Sequence record: OP557969.1
Origin: Escherichia phage ph0011
Reading direction: 5' to 3' (one strand)
DNA length: 64,000 nt
Shown here: positions 39,613 to 49,660 of the stretch, piece after piece
Numbering within the stretch: position 1 is the stretch's first letter
Layout of the letters: every line of letters starts with the position of its first letter
The notes under the pieces: generated by a model
Seen by the model: only the letters and a program-made list of their open reading frames with translations
What the model was told of the DNA's origin: nothing
Database searches by the model: none
Position numbers and translations under genes: made by a program

Positions 39613-40069
39613 AGATGACCTTATTAATGGTGAGGGGGTGAGGTGCTCCCTTTTTGTTAGTGGGTGTAGCCATTGTTGTGCCAAATGCTTCAACGAAAAG
39701 GCATGGGATTATAGAAGTGGCCAAGAGTTCAGTACTGAAACAATTGATATAATTTTAGCTGAACTCAGTAAACCGTACATTAGTGGGTTATCACTACTTG
39801 GTGGAGATCCACTAATGAAAAAGAACATCGAAACAATTTTAGAACTATGTAAAATTGTAAAAGATACTTATCCAAATAAAACTATTTGGTGCTGGAGTGG
39901 GTATACTTTAGAAGAGATTATGGATAATCATGCATCTCCAATACTGGAGTACATAGATGTATTGGTTGATGGTAAATTCATAGAAGCAGAAAAGAATTTA
40001 GAATTACCATTTAGAGGCTCTAATAATCAACGTATTCTTCGCAAAGGCGTAGATTATGCATTATCTTGA
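39590..40069 (+). CDS. nrdG: anaerobic ribonucleotide reductase activating protein (radical SAM)
   Basis: collinear with T4 NrdG (MNY start, Cys cluster GCSHCCAKC, LLGGDPL, RGSNNQRI). Confidence 0.85.
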   Translation: MNYQTIIKDDLINGEGVRCSLFVSGCSHCCAKCFNEKAWDYRSGQEFSTETIDIILAELSKPYISGLSLLGGDPLMKKNIETILELCKIVKDTYPNKTIWCWSGYTLEEIMDNHASPILEYIDVLVDGKFIEAEKNLELPFRGSNNQRILRKGVDYALS

Positions 40070-40098
40070 TATTACAGAAATGTGGAAATATATGAAGA

Positions 40099-40121
40099 AG
40101 CACCCTTTGGGTGCTTTTTTT
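40099..40121 (+). terminator. rho-independent terminator
   Basis: stem agcaccc/gggtgct followed by TTTTTTT. Confidence 0.7.
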
Positions 40122-40128
40122 ATAATAT

Positions 40129-40136
40129 TATAAATA
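40129..40136 (+). promoter_or_regulatory. T4-type late promoter motif TATAAATA
   Basis: exact octamer 31 nt upstream of ATG 40168. Confidence 0.5.
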
Positions 40137-40167
40137 CACTATGAATATCTAGATAGAAGGGATATAT

Positions 40168-42867
40168 ATGGCAAATAAAATATATGGTGGTATTGATGTT
40201 ACACACAATGTCACAGTAAAAGGTAAGAGAAGTGCTCAGAGCATCAATGATGACGTATTTGATGAAAACGGCAATCTCACAATAGATGCATATACACAAA
40301 ATGATATGTTAGAAATGGTTGGTATGTTACCAATTTCTCGTTATGGTACACAAAACTATCTACCTGCTGGGGTTAATGGTACAACAGTTGGTTCTTCAGA
40401 AAATATTAATTCCAGAAATACAAAATTATTTTTGGAAGATGATAACACTTTAGTAATGTTACGTCCAGGTACTAATGGTAGTACTCAAGGTGTTTATTAT
40501 AGTTATATGACCCAAGCAGTAGGTACAACAAATACAAGTCGTATGGTTAATACTACTCGTGCATATAAACCCAATTACTTTGGTGCAGCATACGCAGTTT
40601 ATTTGTACCCAAGTAGTAATGATATTACTTGCGGTTTAGTGAGAATGGAGAATACCGATGGTACATATGTTGATAAAGTTTTTGTGTCAGATAATAATGG
40701 TACATTGAATGATGCAATGCACACTGGTATTATTCTATCAGATCATACAGCAGTACAACCTTTTGGTGCAATACAATTTGTTATTCGTGCAGAAGATGGT
40801 GCATTATATTTTTTTAGTTTAGACACACCAAATAATACTCTTAAAATATCCGTTACTAAAGTTACTTTTAGTCCAAGTAATAACCCAGGTGGTGGTACTT
40901 ATAGTATTACTAGAATTACTGGTTGGACTACAAGAACTTTTTATAATGCAATGATAGCTGATGAGAACATTGTTCCTACGATGAAAATAAATTCAACAAA
41001 TACCAATGATACTCCATACGTTTTAATTCCAAGCGGTATTATTGGGTTTGGTGTTTATATGACAGATCCAGATTTATATGTTGCACAGAGATCAGGTACA
41101 TCTACATTCAAATTTAGATTATGTGGTGATATGTGGATGAGTAATGGTAGATATGACATACGACCACAACATAGTTTTAGTATGACTTTTGATGTTGCAA
41201 CGAAGCAATGTGCACTCGATAATATGACAACGACTACACCAGTTGCTGTTTATGACAATGGTTCTAGCATGAATGCAACTGGACCTTGCTTGACAACTGA
41301 CCCATTTTATCTTCATGCAGGTGCACGTAATATTTTCAGTAATTATTGCTATATTCCATCAACAGGGGATGCGTTTTGTTCATTTTCACCAAACCTAGCA
41401 GAACCATTGAATTTATCATATGCAAAATACCCACCAAAATCTTTATTTGATTTGATGGATGTTAGAAGTGTGTCAGCAACTAATTTTATTAATGGTGTAG
41501 TAACACCAAGATTTGGTTCAGCAGTTGGGTCATACCAAGTAGGTGTAGAGTTATTACCAAATAACAGTACTAAACAATATTCAAGACGTTCTGGTGATGG
41601 TCGTTTTTTTCCATCCTATGCTGTTCATAAATCTACACCAAACTTTACATTCAAGTCGTTGAATTATGGTACAGTACCTGGTTATGAACCAACACCTGAC
41701 AGAAATTTCATAACCACACCAGAATCACGCATTTTTATAAGTTCAATATCTGGTTCAAACGTCACTACTAATGGTGGTGTTTTGGTTGCTGACATTAGAA
41801 CATCAACACCAATTAGTTTTGATTATAAAGGTAATGTACTGAATAATGGTACAATCAGTATGTCTCAAGATATAATGAATGCTATTAGGAATTCAGAATT
41901 TGCTAAAGTTGCTGGTTCTTGGGATATATCCCCAGCATCAGTAAAAACATTATCAGTTTTCGTTCCACAACAAACTGATATTCCTGTTTTCGCGGTTCTT
42001 GCTGCAACAACTAATTCCAGAGGACTATATATTCGTATGATTGAATTAGGTGTTAATACAAGAACAGGAGATATTACAACGTGGGCATTTAAACGTTTAG
42101 TACATGAAAGTGTTCAAGCTCTGGATTACAAAACTGATGCCGGATATTATCTTGATAGTGGAAGTATTGGTATTACTATATATGATGCTGGTTCTTTTTA
42201 CTTCATTGGTGGTGGTATTCCAGGTTTCTTTCCTACAGTTGGTAATACAGCTTCACCTTTTTTTCGTGCTACTGTAGATAAAGCAAGTAAGCAATTTAAT
42301 AATTTCCATATAGCTGGTAATCGACCTATCTATGCATTAGACGGTCAACCATTTGCTTTACCTGGTATTGGATTTGGTATTCTTCAAAGTATAGATCTTC
42401 AAAACAAAACTATTTTTAGAAAGTATGGAACTACATTAGAAGATTATAATGCATGGACTGATAAAGGAGATCCATTCATTTGCGTTGTTTCACAAGACGT
42501 TGCTCAAGGTTTTATTATATACTTCACTGAAGAGACACCAGTACTGATATCAGGTAAGCACTATACATTACCAATATCAAATATTGATTTAACAAAAGTG
42601 AAAGCAAATCCTGCGAATACTACATTTTATGTGTATATTAAATTAGTGCAGGGTATTGCAAAGTATCATATATCAACAACTGAATTAGCTGAAACTCAGT
42701 CAATATTCTGGATTGGTACAGTGAAAACTAATGATTTACAAATAACCGAAATTAATATCGTTAAACGTTCTCGTTTAGATCTGTTTGGTGCATCCTATGA
42801 CGCTGCCGGAAGTTCATTCCCAGTTAGTTCTGGTTTCCCTTCAGGTTCTGGTAATGTGAATTGGTAA
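40168..42867 (+). CDS. large paralogue A (899 aa), probable late/virion protein of unknown function
   Basis: shares ~110-aa N-terminal and ~120-aa C-terminal regions with 43479-46220; late promoter upstream. Confidence 0.75.
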   Translation: MANKIYGGIDVTHNVTVKGKRSAQSINDDVFDENGNLTIDAYTQNDMLEMVGMLPISRYGTQNYLPAGVNGTTVGSSENINSRNTKLFLEDDNTLVMLRPGTNGSTQGVYYSYMTQAVGTTNTSRMVNTTRAYKPNYFGAAYAVYLYPSSNDITCGLVRMENTDGTYVDKVFVSDNNGTLNDAMHTGIILSDHTAVQPFGAIQFVIRAEDGALYFFSLDTPNNTLKISVTKVTFSPSNNPGGGTYSITRITGWTTRTFYNAMIADENIVPTMKINSTNTNDTPYVLIPSGIIGFGVYMTDPDLYVAQRSGTSTFKFRLCGDMWMSNGRYDIRPQHSFSMTFDVATKQCALDNMTTTTPVAVYDNGSSMNATGPCLTTDPFYLHAGARNIFSNYCYIPSTGDAFCSFSPNLAEPLNLSYAKYPPKSLFDLMDVRSVSATNFINGVVTPRFGSAVGSYQVGVELLPNNSTKQYSRRSGDGRFFPSYAVHKSTPNFTFKSLNYGTVPGYEPTPDRNFITTPESRIFISSISGSNVTTNGGVLVADIRTSTPISFDYKGNVLNNGTISMSQDIMNAIRNSEFAKVAGSWDISPASVKTLSVFVPQQTDIPVFAVLAATTNSRGLYIRMIELGVNTRTGDITTWAFKRLVHESVQALDYKTDAGYYLDSGSIGITIYDAGSFYFIGGGIPGFFPTVGNTASPFFRATVDKASKQFNNFHIAGNRPIYALDGQPFALPGIGFGILQSIDLQNKTIFRKYGTTLEDYNAWTDKGDPFICVVSQDVAQGFIIYFTEETPVLISGKHYTLPISNIDLTKVKANPANTTFYVYIKLVQGIAKYHISTTELAETQSIFWIGTVKTNDLQITEINIVKRSRLDLFGASYDAAGSSFPVSSGFPSGSGNVNW

Positions 42868-42877
42868 TGGAGAGAAT

Positions 42878-43468
42878 ATGTCTTATAAATTTAGAGCAGA
42901 TGTGGAAGCTTATGCTTCCGTTAAATCACAAGGAAAAAATACTGGGACCACGATAACTGTTCGTTCTGGTAATGTGTATCAAGCTGATGCAAATGGGAAT
43001 ATTGATATACCAGTCATGAGTACAGATGATGTGAATTACATTACCAGTTCGTTTCCGTTATCACAATTTGGACCACTTTACAGTGATGAACCATTAGGTA
43101 TTACTTCTGCGGGTTTCAATTTAACTTTCAGCAAAGAATTACCGTTATTCATGGCGGGAGCGGCGTATACCCTCCCAGCAAAAACAATAACAGATCCTGG
43201 TGTTTCTGGTACTAATATTGAAACACATTATGTATATGTTATATTAGATGTTGGGGTAGCTGACTACCTCATTTCTAAAACTCAACGACCTGAAAGTAGT
43301 GTTAATATGTACATCGGAAAACTAACAGTTTTCCCAGATGGCATTACAGGGGTCAGTATAAATAAAGTGTCAAGATTTGACAACTTCAGAGTAAGTTCTA
43401 CAAAAATTGGTTCAGCTATCCCTATCAGTTCTGGTTCACCAGATGTGAATGGTATGATAGAATGGTAA
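42878..43468 (+). CDS. short paralogue (196 aa) carrying the shared C-terminal domain
   Basis: C-terminal VSRFDNFRV..SSGSPDVNGMIEW aligns with C-termini of both large paralogues. Confidence 0.65.
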   Translation: MSYKFRADVEAYASVKSQGKNTGTTITVRSGNVYQADANGNIDIPVMSTDDVNYITSSFPLSQFGPLYSDEPLGITSAGFNLTFSKELPLFMAGAAYTLPAKTITDPGVSGTNIETHYVYVILDVGVADYLISKTQRPESSVNMYIGKLTVFPDGITGVSINKVSRFDNFRVSSTKIGSAIPISSGSPDVNGMIEW

Positions 43469-43478
43469 AGGAATATAT

Positions 43479-46220
43479 ATGGCTTCTAGACGAATTATAG
43501 GAAACGCAGATATACTAGGGAATTTAAAAATTAATGGAAAGTATGCATTACGTTCCCTTAATGGTGTTCCTGCTGACTCTGCTGGTAAAATCACTTATCA
43601 ATATTATGACAAAGCGGAAGTAAATCAGATATTTGATATGCTTCCAGTTTCAAGGGTAGGTGATCAAGATTACCTACCAATGAGTATTAACGGTACTTTT
43701 GAAGGTGCTTCTTCCTTTTCATTTGCAAAAATAATGCAACCTTGTATCATTGAAAATGATGGAACTGGTGTAATTTTACGTGCAGGTACAAATGGAAGTT
43801 CTTATGGTTACTATTATACTTATATTAAAAATATAAGAGATATAGAAACACTAACTCAAGATAATATAATTACAACCAATACGATGTATAGACCGTCTGT
43901 GCTACCAAGTACTGATTACATTTATGAATTTTATGGGTCAAATGCATATGAATTACTATTTTGGGAATCAACTGATAGAACATCATATTACCTTACATTA
44001 ACAAATGAAACATTGAATGAATCAGCACACAAGCATTGCAGAATTCCAAAAACAGCAATAACAAATAAACCAATATATGCACACATCGTAAATGATTCAG
44101 TTTATATATGGTGTATGGATTCAAGTGTATTTAGTAGTGTTCGCGGGTGTGCATTTATTATATACACAGTACCTTTAACTGCATTTAATACTGGTTCAGT
44201 TTCTACCGTAACACAGATTGGTGGTTATTCAGGAAGAACTATAAGAGATGCAACATATACTGCATCTAATAATATTCGCGTTTATGATAGCTATTCTATT
44301 TTAGGTTCAGGTGGTGATGCACTAATAGTATATGATAATGGTATTTCCAGAATAGATTATTGGGAAAATAACGTATTTAATACCCAAGCAGTTCTTAGCC
44401 CAGATGGTACAAAAATAAGAGTTGCGATCTATCCAGGATTCCGTGTTTTCACTGAAACAAAAACATCTAGTGTATATGCACTTGGTATTAGCTTTACATA
44501 TGATATCAGTACTAAAACAATGACACTTGACGGTTCTGAACGTGGTCCAATCAGAGTATCAGCTAATACATCAACTGGTAGTATAACAGTAAGAAACCCG
44601 TTTTCAATCAATATGGAAAACTTTACAGGGTTTTATGACGGTGCACTTGGCAACTATGGTTCAATCTGTCAAACTTCTGATGGTTTTGTTTTCACCACCA
44701 AAGCAAGATGGACATCCACACCAACATATGCAGTACAAACATACAAAGTTTCTGGTACACCTTATGATAGTTGGGTCGCTAAAACACGTACTGCTAGTAA
44801 TTTAAAACGTGTCGAAGTAATGCCAGTTTATGGTTCCCCTGTCGGTGAAAACTTAATAGGTGTTCGTTTCGTAGATAAACGTAAGATACTTGTTGCATGT
44901 TCTGGCACTGCTGATGGAATTTCTTATGGTTATGATAGTACAGTTTTTACTGAAATAGGTGAGAATCCGACTTATGTTTATAAAAACTTGGAACAAAATA
45001 CCACAATGAATGGTTTTGCACCATCAAGTAATAGACACTATTTAAGTACTGATTACAAATATGCAGGTATGATAACATTGGTTGATGCAAATGGAAATGT
45101 CAGCACTTATGGTTCTTCGTTAATAGAAGACATCGATAAACCAGCGTATGGAAAATTCGACCCAGTTACAATGGACTTCGACAGTAATAGATATGAAATT
45201 TCAGGAACAACATTATCAAGTATAGGTGATAATGCAATCGCTAAAGCTGGATTGTCTGGAATAACTGATCATAAAACTGTTTTTTATTATGTACCTGATA
45301 CTACATATTCTAAATCGATTGCAGTCACTTCTGCATTAAACGGTACTACCAATGTGTGTTATATTATTTTTTCCGAAATATCATGTAGTGCAGTTGGTAC
45401 AAGTGGTACTATAATTTTACGTGATATTAATGTTGATACAGCAAGATATACATCAATGACGAATACATTCCAAATTTCACCAAATGAAATGGTCAAACGT
45501 TGGGCTGGTATGACGGTTTCTAAGTTTAGTGGTTTTAACTACTTAGGTGTGAACATTTTATATGGCATTGATACCCCAGGTTGGACTCGTTATCCTAACA
45601 TGATTGCTAAAGTGAAAAATGGTATTATTTCAAGTCAACGATATATGGAAACAACTTATATTTCAAACGCACAATTTGATATAGGTACAATTCCAGGGAT
45701 TGGGTTTGGATATTACCAAATGAACAAAAACGATTATCAAACTAAATCAGTTTTTGCTGTATGTGGTACTACTGAAGCAGATATGGATAAACTAATATCT
45801 GGTAATGAAACGATATCACAGTACTTAGTTATTGCTTCACAGGACGTGGCACAAGGGTTTCATGTATACTTTTCACAAGAAGTACCAGTTTTCTTGGGTG
45901 GAAAGTTTGCAAAGATACCACCGACTATGATAGACTTATCTACTATAAGTACTACACCAGAGAATTCAACATTCTACATATATGCGGTGATGGATAGAGA
46001 TACATCCACAGCATCGTATCAGATATCACTACATCAATTATCAGAAACTATGACATCAACATACATTGGTAAGATAGTAACTAATAATAATGGTATTGCA
46101 TCAATCGAGTCTGAAAAAGTTTCCAGATTCTTGCTATACCGTCCAAGTACCTACAATCGTGGTTCTGCGATCCCAGCAAGTTCTGGTGTTCCGTCAGGAA
46201 CAGGTACACGTTGGAATTAA
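43479..46220 (+). CDS. large paralogue B (913 aa), probable late/virion protein
   Basis: N-terminal MLPVSRVGDQDYLP and C-terminal QDVAQGFHVYFSQEVPV shared with paralogue A. Confidence 0.75.
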   Translation: MASRRIIGNADILGNLKINGKYALRSLNGVPADSAGKITYQYYDKAEVNQIFDMLPVSRVGDQDYLPMSINGTFEGASSFSFAKIMQPCIIENDGTGVILRAGTNGSSYGYYYTYIKNIRDIETLTQDNIITTNTMYRPSVLPSTDYIYEFYGSNAYELLFWESTDRTSYYLTLTNETLNESAHKHCRIPKTAITNKPIYAHIVNDSVYIWCMDSSVFSSVRGCAFIIYTVPLTAFNTGSVSTVTQIGGYSGRTIRDATYTASNNIRVYDSYSILGSGGDALIVYDNGISRIDYWENNVFNTQAVLSPDGTKIRVAIYPGFRVFTETKTSSVYALGISFTYDISTKTMTLDGSERGPIRVSANTSTGSITVRNPFSINMENFTGFYDGALGNYGSICQTSDGFVFTTKARWTSTPTYAVQTYKVSGTPYDSWVAKTRTASNLKRVEVMPVYGSPVGENLIGVRFVDKRKILVACSGTADGISYGYDSTVFTEIGENPTYVYKNLEQNTTMNGFAPSSNRHYLSTDYKYAGMITLVDANGNVSTYGSSLIEDIDKPAYGKFDPVTMDFDSNRYEISGTTLSSIGDNAIAKAGLSGITDHKTVFYYVPDTTYSKSIAVTSALNGTTNVCYIIFSEISCSAVGTSGTIILRDINVDTARYTSMTNTFQISPNEMVKRWAGMTVSKFSGFNYLGVNILYGIDTPGWTRYPNMIAKVKNGIISSQRYMETTYISNAQFDIGTIPGIGFGYYQMNKNDYQTKSVFAVCGTTEADMDKLISGNETISQYLVIASQDVAQGFHVYFSQEVPVFLGGKFAKIPPTMIDLSTISTTPENSTFYIYAVMDRDTSTASYQISLHQLSETMTSTYIGKIVTNNNGIASIESEKVSRFLLYRPSTYNRGSAIPASSGVPSGTGTRWN

Positions 46221-46226
46221 TTTTAA

Positions 46227-46254
46227 AGCTCGTCTATTGACGGGCTTTTCTTTT
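46227..46254 (+). terminator. rho-independent terminator
   Basis: stem agctcgtc/gacgggct (one G-U) followed by TTTTCTTTT. Confidence 0.55.
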
Positions 46255-46288
46255 GTGTGTATAATACAAAGAAATATAGGAGGAAATT

Positions 46289-46855
46289 ATGGTCAAATCA
46301 TTACTACCACCACCAAAACGACATAAAATTAAAGAAATGAAAGAACAACGTACATTAAAGATGTACAACAATTTAGTTAATTTACTTTGCAAAAGTCCAT
46401 CACTCAAAGAAATATTCACCACAGATGATGATCGTAATGCACTTATTGAGATGAAGTATATGCTCAGTAAAATGTCCTTTTACAAATTTGTCAAAGAATA
46501 CTCAACTGAACCATTCAGTCCTCGTTGGCGAGTCAAACCAAGAGAGTATTTTTTCGGTGGTTCATATACTGATATCATTCAAGATACGGTGATAGGCGTA
46601 GAGTTCGAGATTGATTATGAGCCTAATGGTGTGGAAAACTGGCAGATTGACAAACATTTACCAAGTGAAGATGAAATTTATGTTTATGCAAGAAAACAGT
46701 CAACTTTCAGTTCAAAAATTGCTCTTAATAATTTAGATTCATTTATTATTTTCTATACATTTGTCGGTGTAGATAAAATGGCAACTAAACTCAATGAATT
46801 ATCATTGCAACAAAAACAGATTAATGCATACAAAGACATTACAGATTTATACTAA
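46289..46855 (+). CDS. member 1 of tandem ~170-190-aa paralogue trio
   Basis: shared pattern LKEIFTTDDDRNALIEMKYMLSK with next two genes. Confidence 0.6.
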   Translation: MVKSLLPPPKRHKIKEMKEQRTLKMYNNLVNLLCKSPSLKEIFTTDDDRNALIEMKYMLSKMSFYKFVKEYSTEPFSPRWRVKPREYFFGGSYTDIIQDTVIGVEFEIDYEPNGVENWQIDKHLPSEDEIYVYARKQSTFSSKIALNNLDSFIIFYTFVGVDKMATKLNELSLQQKQINAYKDITDLY

Positions 46856-46861
46856 TGAGGA

Positions 46862-47383
46862 TTGGATATGTTTTTTGGACAGTTTAAAAAACCTGACAGT
46901 ACTTTAATTTGGCATGAAATCATCTTTAAAATTATATCTAAAAGCTACTCACTAAAAGATATTATCAAAACAGATCATGATCGACGTGTTCTGTTAGAAG
47001 CAAAATATAAATTGAGCAAACACCCGTTACTTTCTTTAATCATTGATTACGTTAATGATTATGAATCCAGTCGTTGGAAGTGGGAAGACGGAGGTTTATT
47101 TCGTGGAAAAACATTCTACGGTGCAGAACGATATGTATTCAGTGATACAGCAAATGGTGTTAAGTTTGCTATTAGAAACTTTAACTCCAAAGAAAATGAT
47201 TATCTTGAAAGTGGAGTTAAGGTGTATATAGATAATAATAACAATGTACTTACATATGACGAATCACTAATTATGTTACAAATAATGCGTGGAGTTGAAA
47301 GTGTAAGACACAATCTTACTAAGTTGAAAATCCAGCAAAATGATATACATAATAGACAGAAAATTAAGGGTTTATATAAATGA
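46862..47383 (+). CDS. member 2 of tandem paralogue trio
   Basis: LKDIIKTDHDRRVLLEAKYKLSK. Confidence 0.6.
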   Translation: MDMFFGQFKKPDSTLIWHEIIFKIISKSYSLKDIIKTDHDRRVLLEAKYKLSKHPLLSLIIDYVNDYESSRWKWEDGGLFRGKTFYGAERYVFSDTANGVKFAIRNFNSKENDYLESGVKVYIDNNNNVLTYDESLIMLQIMRGVESVRHNLTKLKIQQNDIHNRQKIKGLYK

Positions 47384-47889
47384 TTTCATTTTTCAAAAAG
47401 AAAGAAAAAGTTGATGAAACTGGATTAGAATCGTTTCTATGGACTCTTATCATTAAAAAAAGTCCATTAATGAAAGAATATGCTATCAATGATGCTAATA
47501 GAAAAACTATCATTGAATACAAATACGAATTATCAAAATGTGATCCAATAGTTTATCACTTTGCGAAGTACTGTTCTAAAAATTTATCGGATATCACGAT
47601 TGAACACGAGTCAGTACCAATGAGTTTTCCTTATGGTGATTGGGTAAATACTTTTGATATTTTCGATGGGTCTAATGGATTCCGTTTCTTTTACTCGTCA
47701 AATAAAGCAAATGTTCGTATTAAAACTGAGATAGGTTGGGCACAGCATAGCACAAATAAAGAAGATTATAATTTACTAGCTGACGTATACCGAAGTGTGA
47801 AGAATTCAAAGGATATTGATGAAAGAATTAAAAAGCAAAATCGTATTTCTTTATCACTTGAAACATACAAGTCAAAGTATGGTGGTTAA
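47380..47889 (+). CDS. member 3 of tandem paralogue trio
   Basis: MKEYAINDANRKTIIEYKYELSK. Confidence 0.6.
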   Translation: MISFFKKKEKVDETGLESFLWTLIIKKSPLMKEYAINDANRKTIIEYKYELSKCDPIVYHFAKYCSKNLSDITIEHESVPMSFPYGDWVNTFDIFDGSNGFRFFYSSNKANVRIKTEIGWAQHSTNKEDYNLLADVYRSVKNSKDIDERIKKQNRISLSLETYKSKYGG

Positions 47890-47891
47890 CT

Positions 47892-48293
47892 ATGACTACA
47901 GTTGATGATATCTATAGTACTATACGCAATATGAGCACAGATAGAAAAGTATTTGGTGATAAAGAAAAATCTAAGTGTTATGGTATTGATTCTTTTGATA
48001 TAATTTCGTATGAGTACAATACGAATGGAAATAGTTCACTGAATATTGTCTGCCCTCGTGACCCAGAAAATAATTTTATGTATGTTGAAATTAATAATGA
48101 TGGAATGTTTTTTACAAAAGTTTTTAAAGGTGGAATTAATTACGAAACAATTGAATGTATGAATGAAGAAACTTTCTTTCAAGAAGATACAATTATCAAT
48201 TTAGGTTTTAGTTTTGATGATTATAAAACATTAGAACATGACTTTAATCGTTATTATAACGGTTTCTTAAAGGAGTTAACAATTTATCTATGA
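47892..48293 (+). CDS. hypothetical protein
   Basis: ORF track. Confidence 0.5.
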   Translation: MTTVDDIYSTIRNMSTDRKVFGDKEKSKCYGIDSFDIISYEYNTNGNSSLNIVCPRDPENNFMYVEINNDGMFFTKVFKGGINYETIECMNEETFFQEDTIINLGFSFDDYKTLEHDFNRYYNGFLKELTIYL

Positions 48294-49522
48294 ATAACCA
48301 ATATGTTGAACAAACAATAGTGAAACACTTGGCTGGGTCACAAGCCTACGGAACCAGTACACCTGAAAGTGATACTGATTATCGTGGTATTTTTCTTGCT
48401 AATAAAGAATTTATTCTTACGCCATTCTATAAGGTTAAAGAAGTAGCTGATAAAAATGAAGAAGATACCAAATTCTATGAGTTAAATCAGTATTTAAAAT
48501 TATACACTGATGCTAACCCTAATATTCTGGAATCACTATGGGTTGAACCAGAACACATTGTAGAAAGTACTGAGATTTATGACTATCTTCGTTCATTTAA
48601 CCAAAAACTTCTTAGTTCCAAGATTGCATTTTCATACACTGGATATGCATATAATCAAATTAAACGTATGACAAATCACCACGGTTGGATGGATAAAGAG
48701 CGTATTGCTGAAAAACGTTTAAATGAGATTTTAGAAGAACACCCAGTCGATGAGGTTCTTGTGTGGATGTATGATTCATTCCCACAATATCTTGTTGACC
48801 GTTTAGATACATCCAAATTACATCCATTTAATGCTAAAAAGATTGATTTTGAAAAATACATGCGTGATACGTCATTGCAGTTAGTTTCGAAAAATCCATT
48901 AAAGCAATATCATTTTGTAAGATTAGTGCATAACTACACTACTGATAAAATTCTAGATCGTGATTTCAATTTATTGAATTTTAACAATGGGTATGAACTA
49001 ATTCATTACGGAGAAAACATTTTTGCGATTATTAAAAATCCAAATGAAAGTACAATCAACGGTGATGGTTCATTGCGACATTTTTCAAAAGAGCGTAGTA
49101 CTGAAGAGTTGAAAACCAAACCAGAACTAATTGTCAAATTTAACGAAAAAGAATATCAGGAAAATAGTGAGAATAGAAAAAGTTATCATAAATGGAAAGA
49201 AAATCGTAATGCCAAACGTGCTATTTTAGAATCACTACACGGCTATGATTGCAAAAGTGCAATGCATACCATTAGACTATTGAATAGTGCAGAAGATGCA
49301 TTACAAAGTGGGATTATTCAAGTTAAACGCCCAGATGCACAGATGTTGATGGATATTCGTAATGGTAAATGGAAGTATGAAGAAGTTTTAGAATATTTCG
49401 ATGATAAAGTAAAATATATCCGTGATGTTCTATATAAGAAATCAGAACTTCCAAAAAAACCAGATATTAAATTAGCATCGAAAATTATCATTGATATCCG
49501 AGAGATGCAATGGTATAAGTAA
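48290..49522 (+). CDS. nucleotidyltransferase-fold protein (Pol-beta-like NTase superfamily)
   Basis: N-terminal GSQAYGTSTPESDTDYRGIF matches the G[GS]x(9-13)Dh[DE] NTase signature. Confidence 0.6.
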   Translation: MNNQYVEQTIVKHLAGSQAYGTSTPESDTDYRGIFLANKEFILTPFYKVKEVADKNEEDTKFYELNQYLKLYTDANPNILESLWVEPEHIVESTEIYDYLRSFNQKLLSSKIAFSYTGYAYNQIKRMTNHHGWMDKERIAEKRLNEILEEHPVDEVLVWMYDSFPQYLVDRLDTSKLHPFNAKKIDFEKYMRDTSLQLVSKNPLKQYHFVRLVHNYTTDKILDRDFNLLNFNNGYELIHYGENIFAIIKNPNESTINGDGSLRHFSKERSTEELKTKPELIVKFNEKEYQENSENRKSYHKWKENRNAKRAILESLHGYDCKSAMHTIRLLNSAEDALQSGIIQVKRPDAQMLMDIRNGKWKYEEVLEYFDDKVKYIRDVLYKKSELPKKPDIKLASKIIIDIREMQWYK

Positions 49523-49616
49523 TATATGGGTGTAATAGTTATAAAAAATTCCATTACACACCAAATCACTTCAGTGATTTATATCTTGACATTGAAAAAA
49601 ATAATTATGTATAGTT

Positions 49617-49647
49617 AGAGAACTTCATATGGAGTTCTCTTTTTTTA
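49617..49647 (+). terminator. rho-independent terminator
   Basis: 8-bp stem agagaact/agttctct followed by TTTTTTT. Confidence 0.65.
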
Positions 49648-49660
49648 TAAGGGTGATTAA

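Noticed and set aside
49586-49615. TTGACA-N18-TATAGT promoter-like sequence
   Set aside because: It sits immediately upstream of a strong terminator hairpin (49617-49647), so a productive transcript is unlikely.
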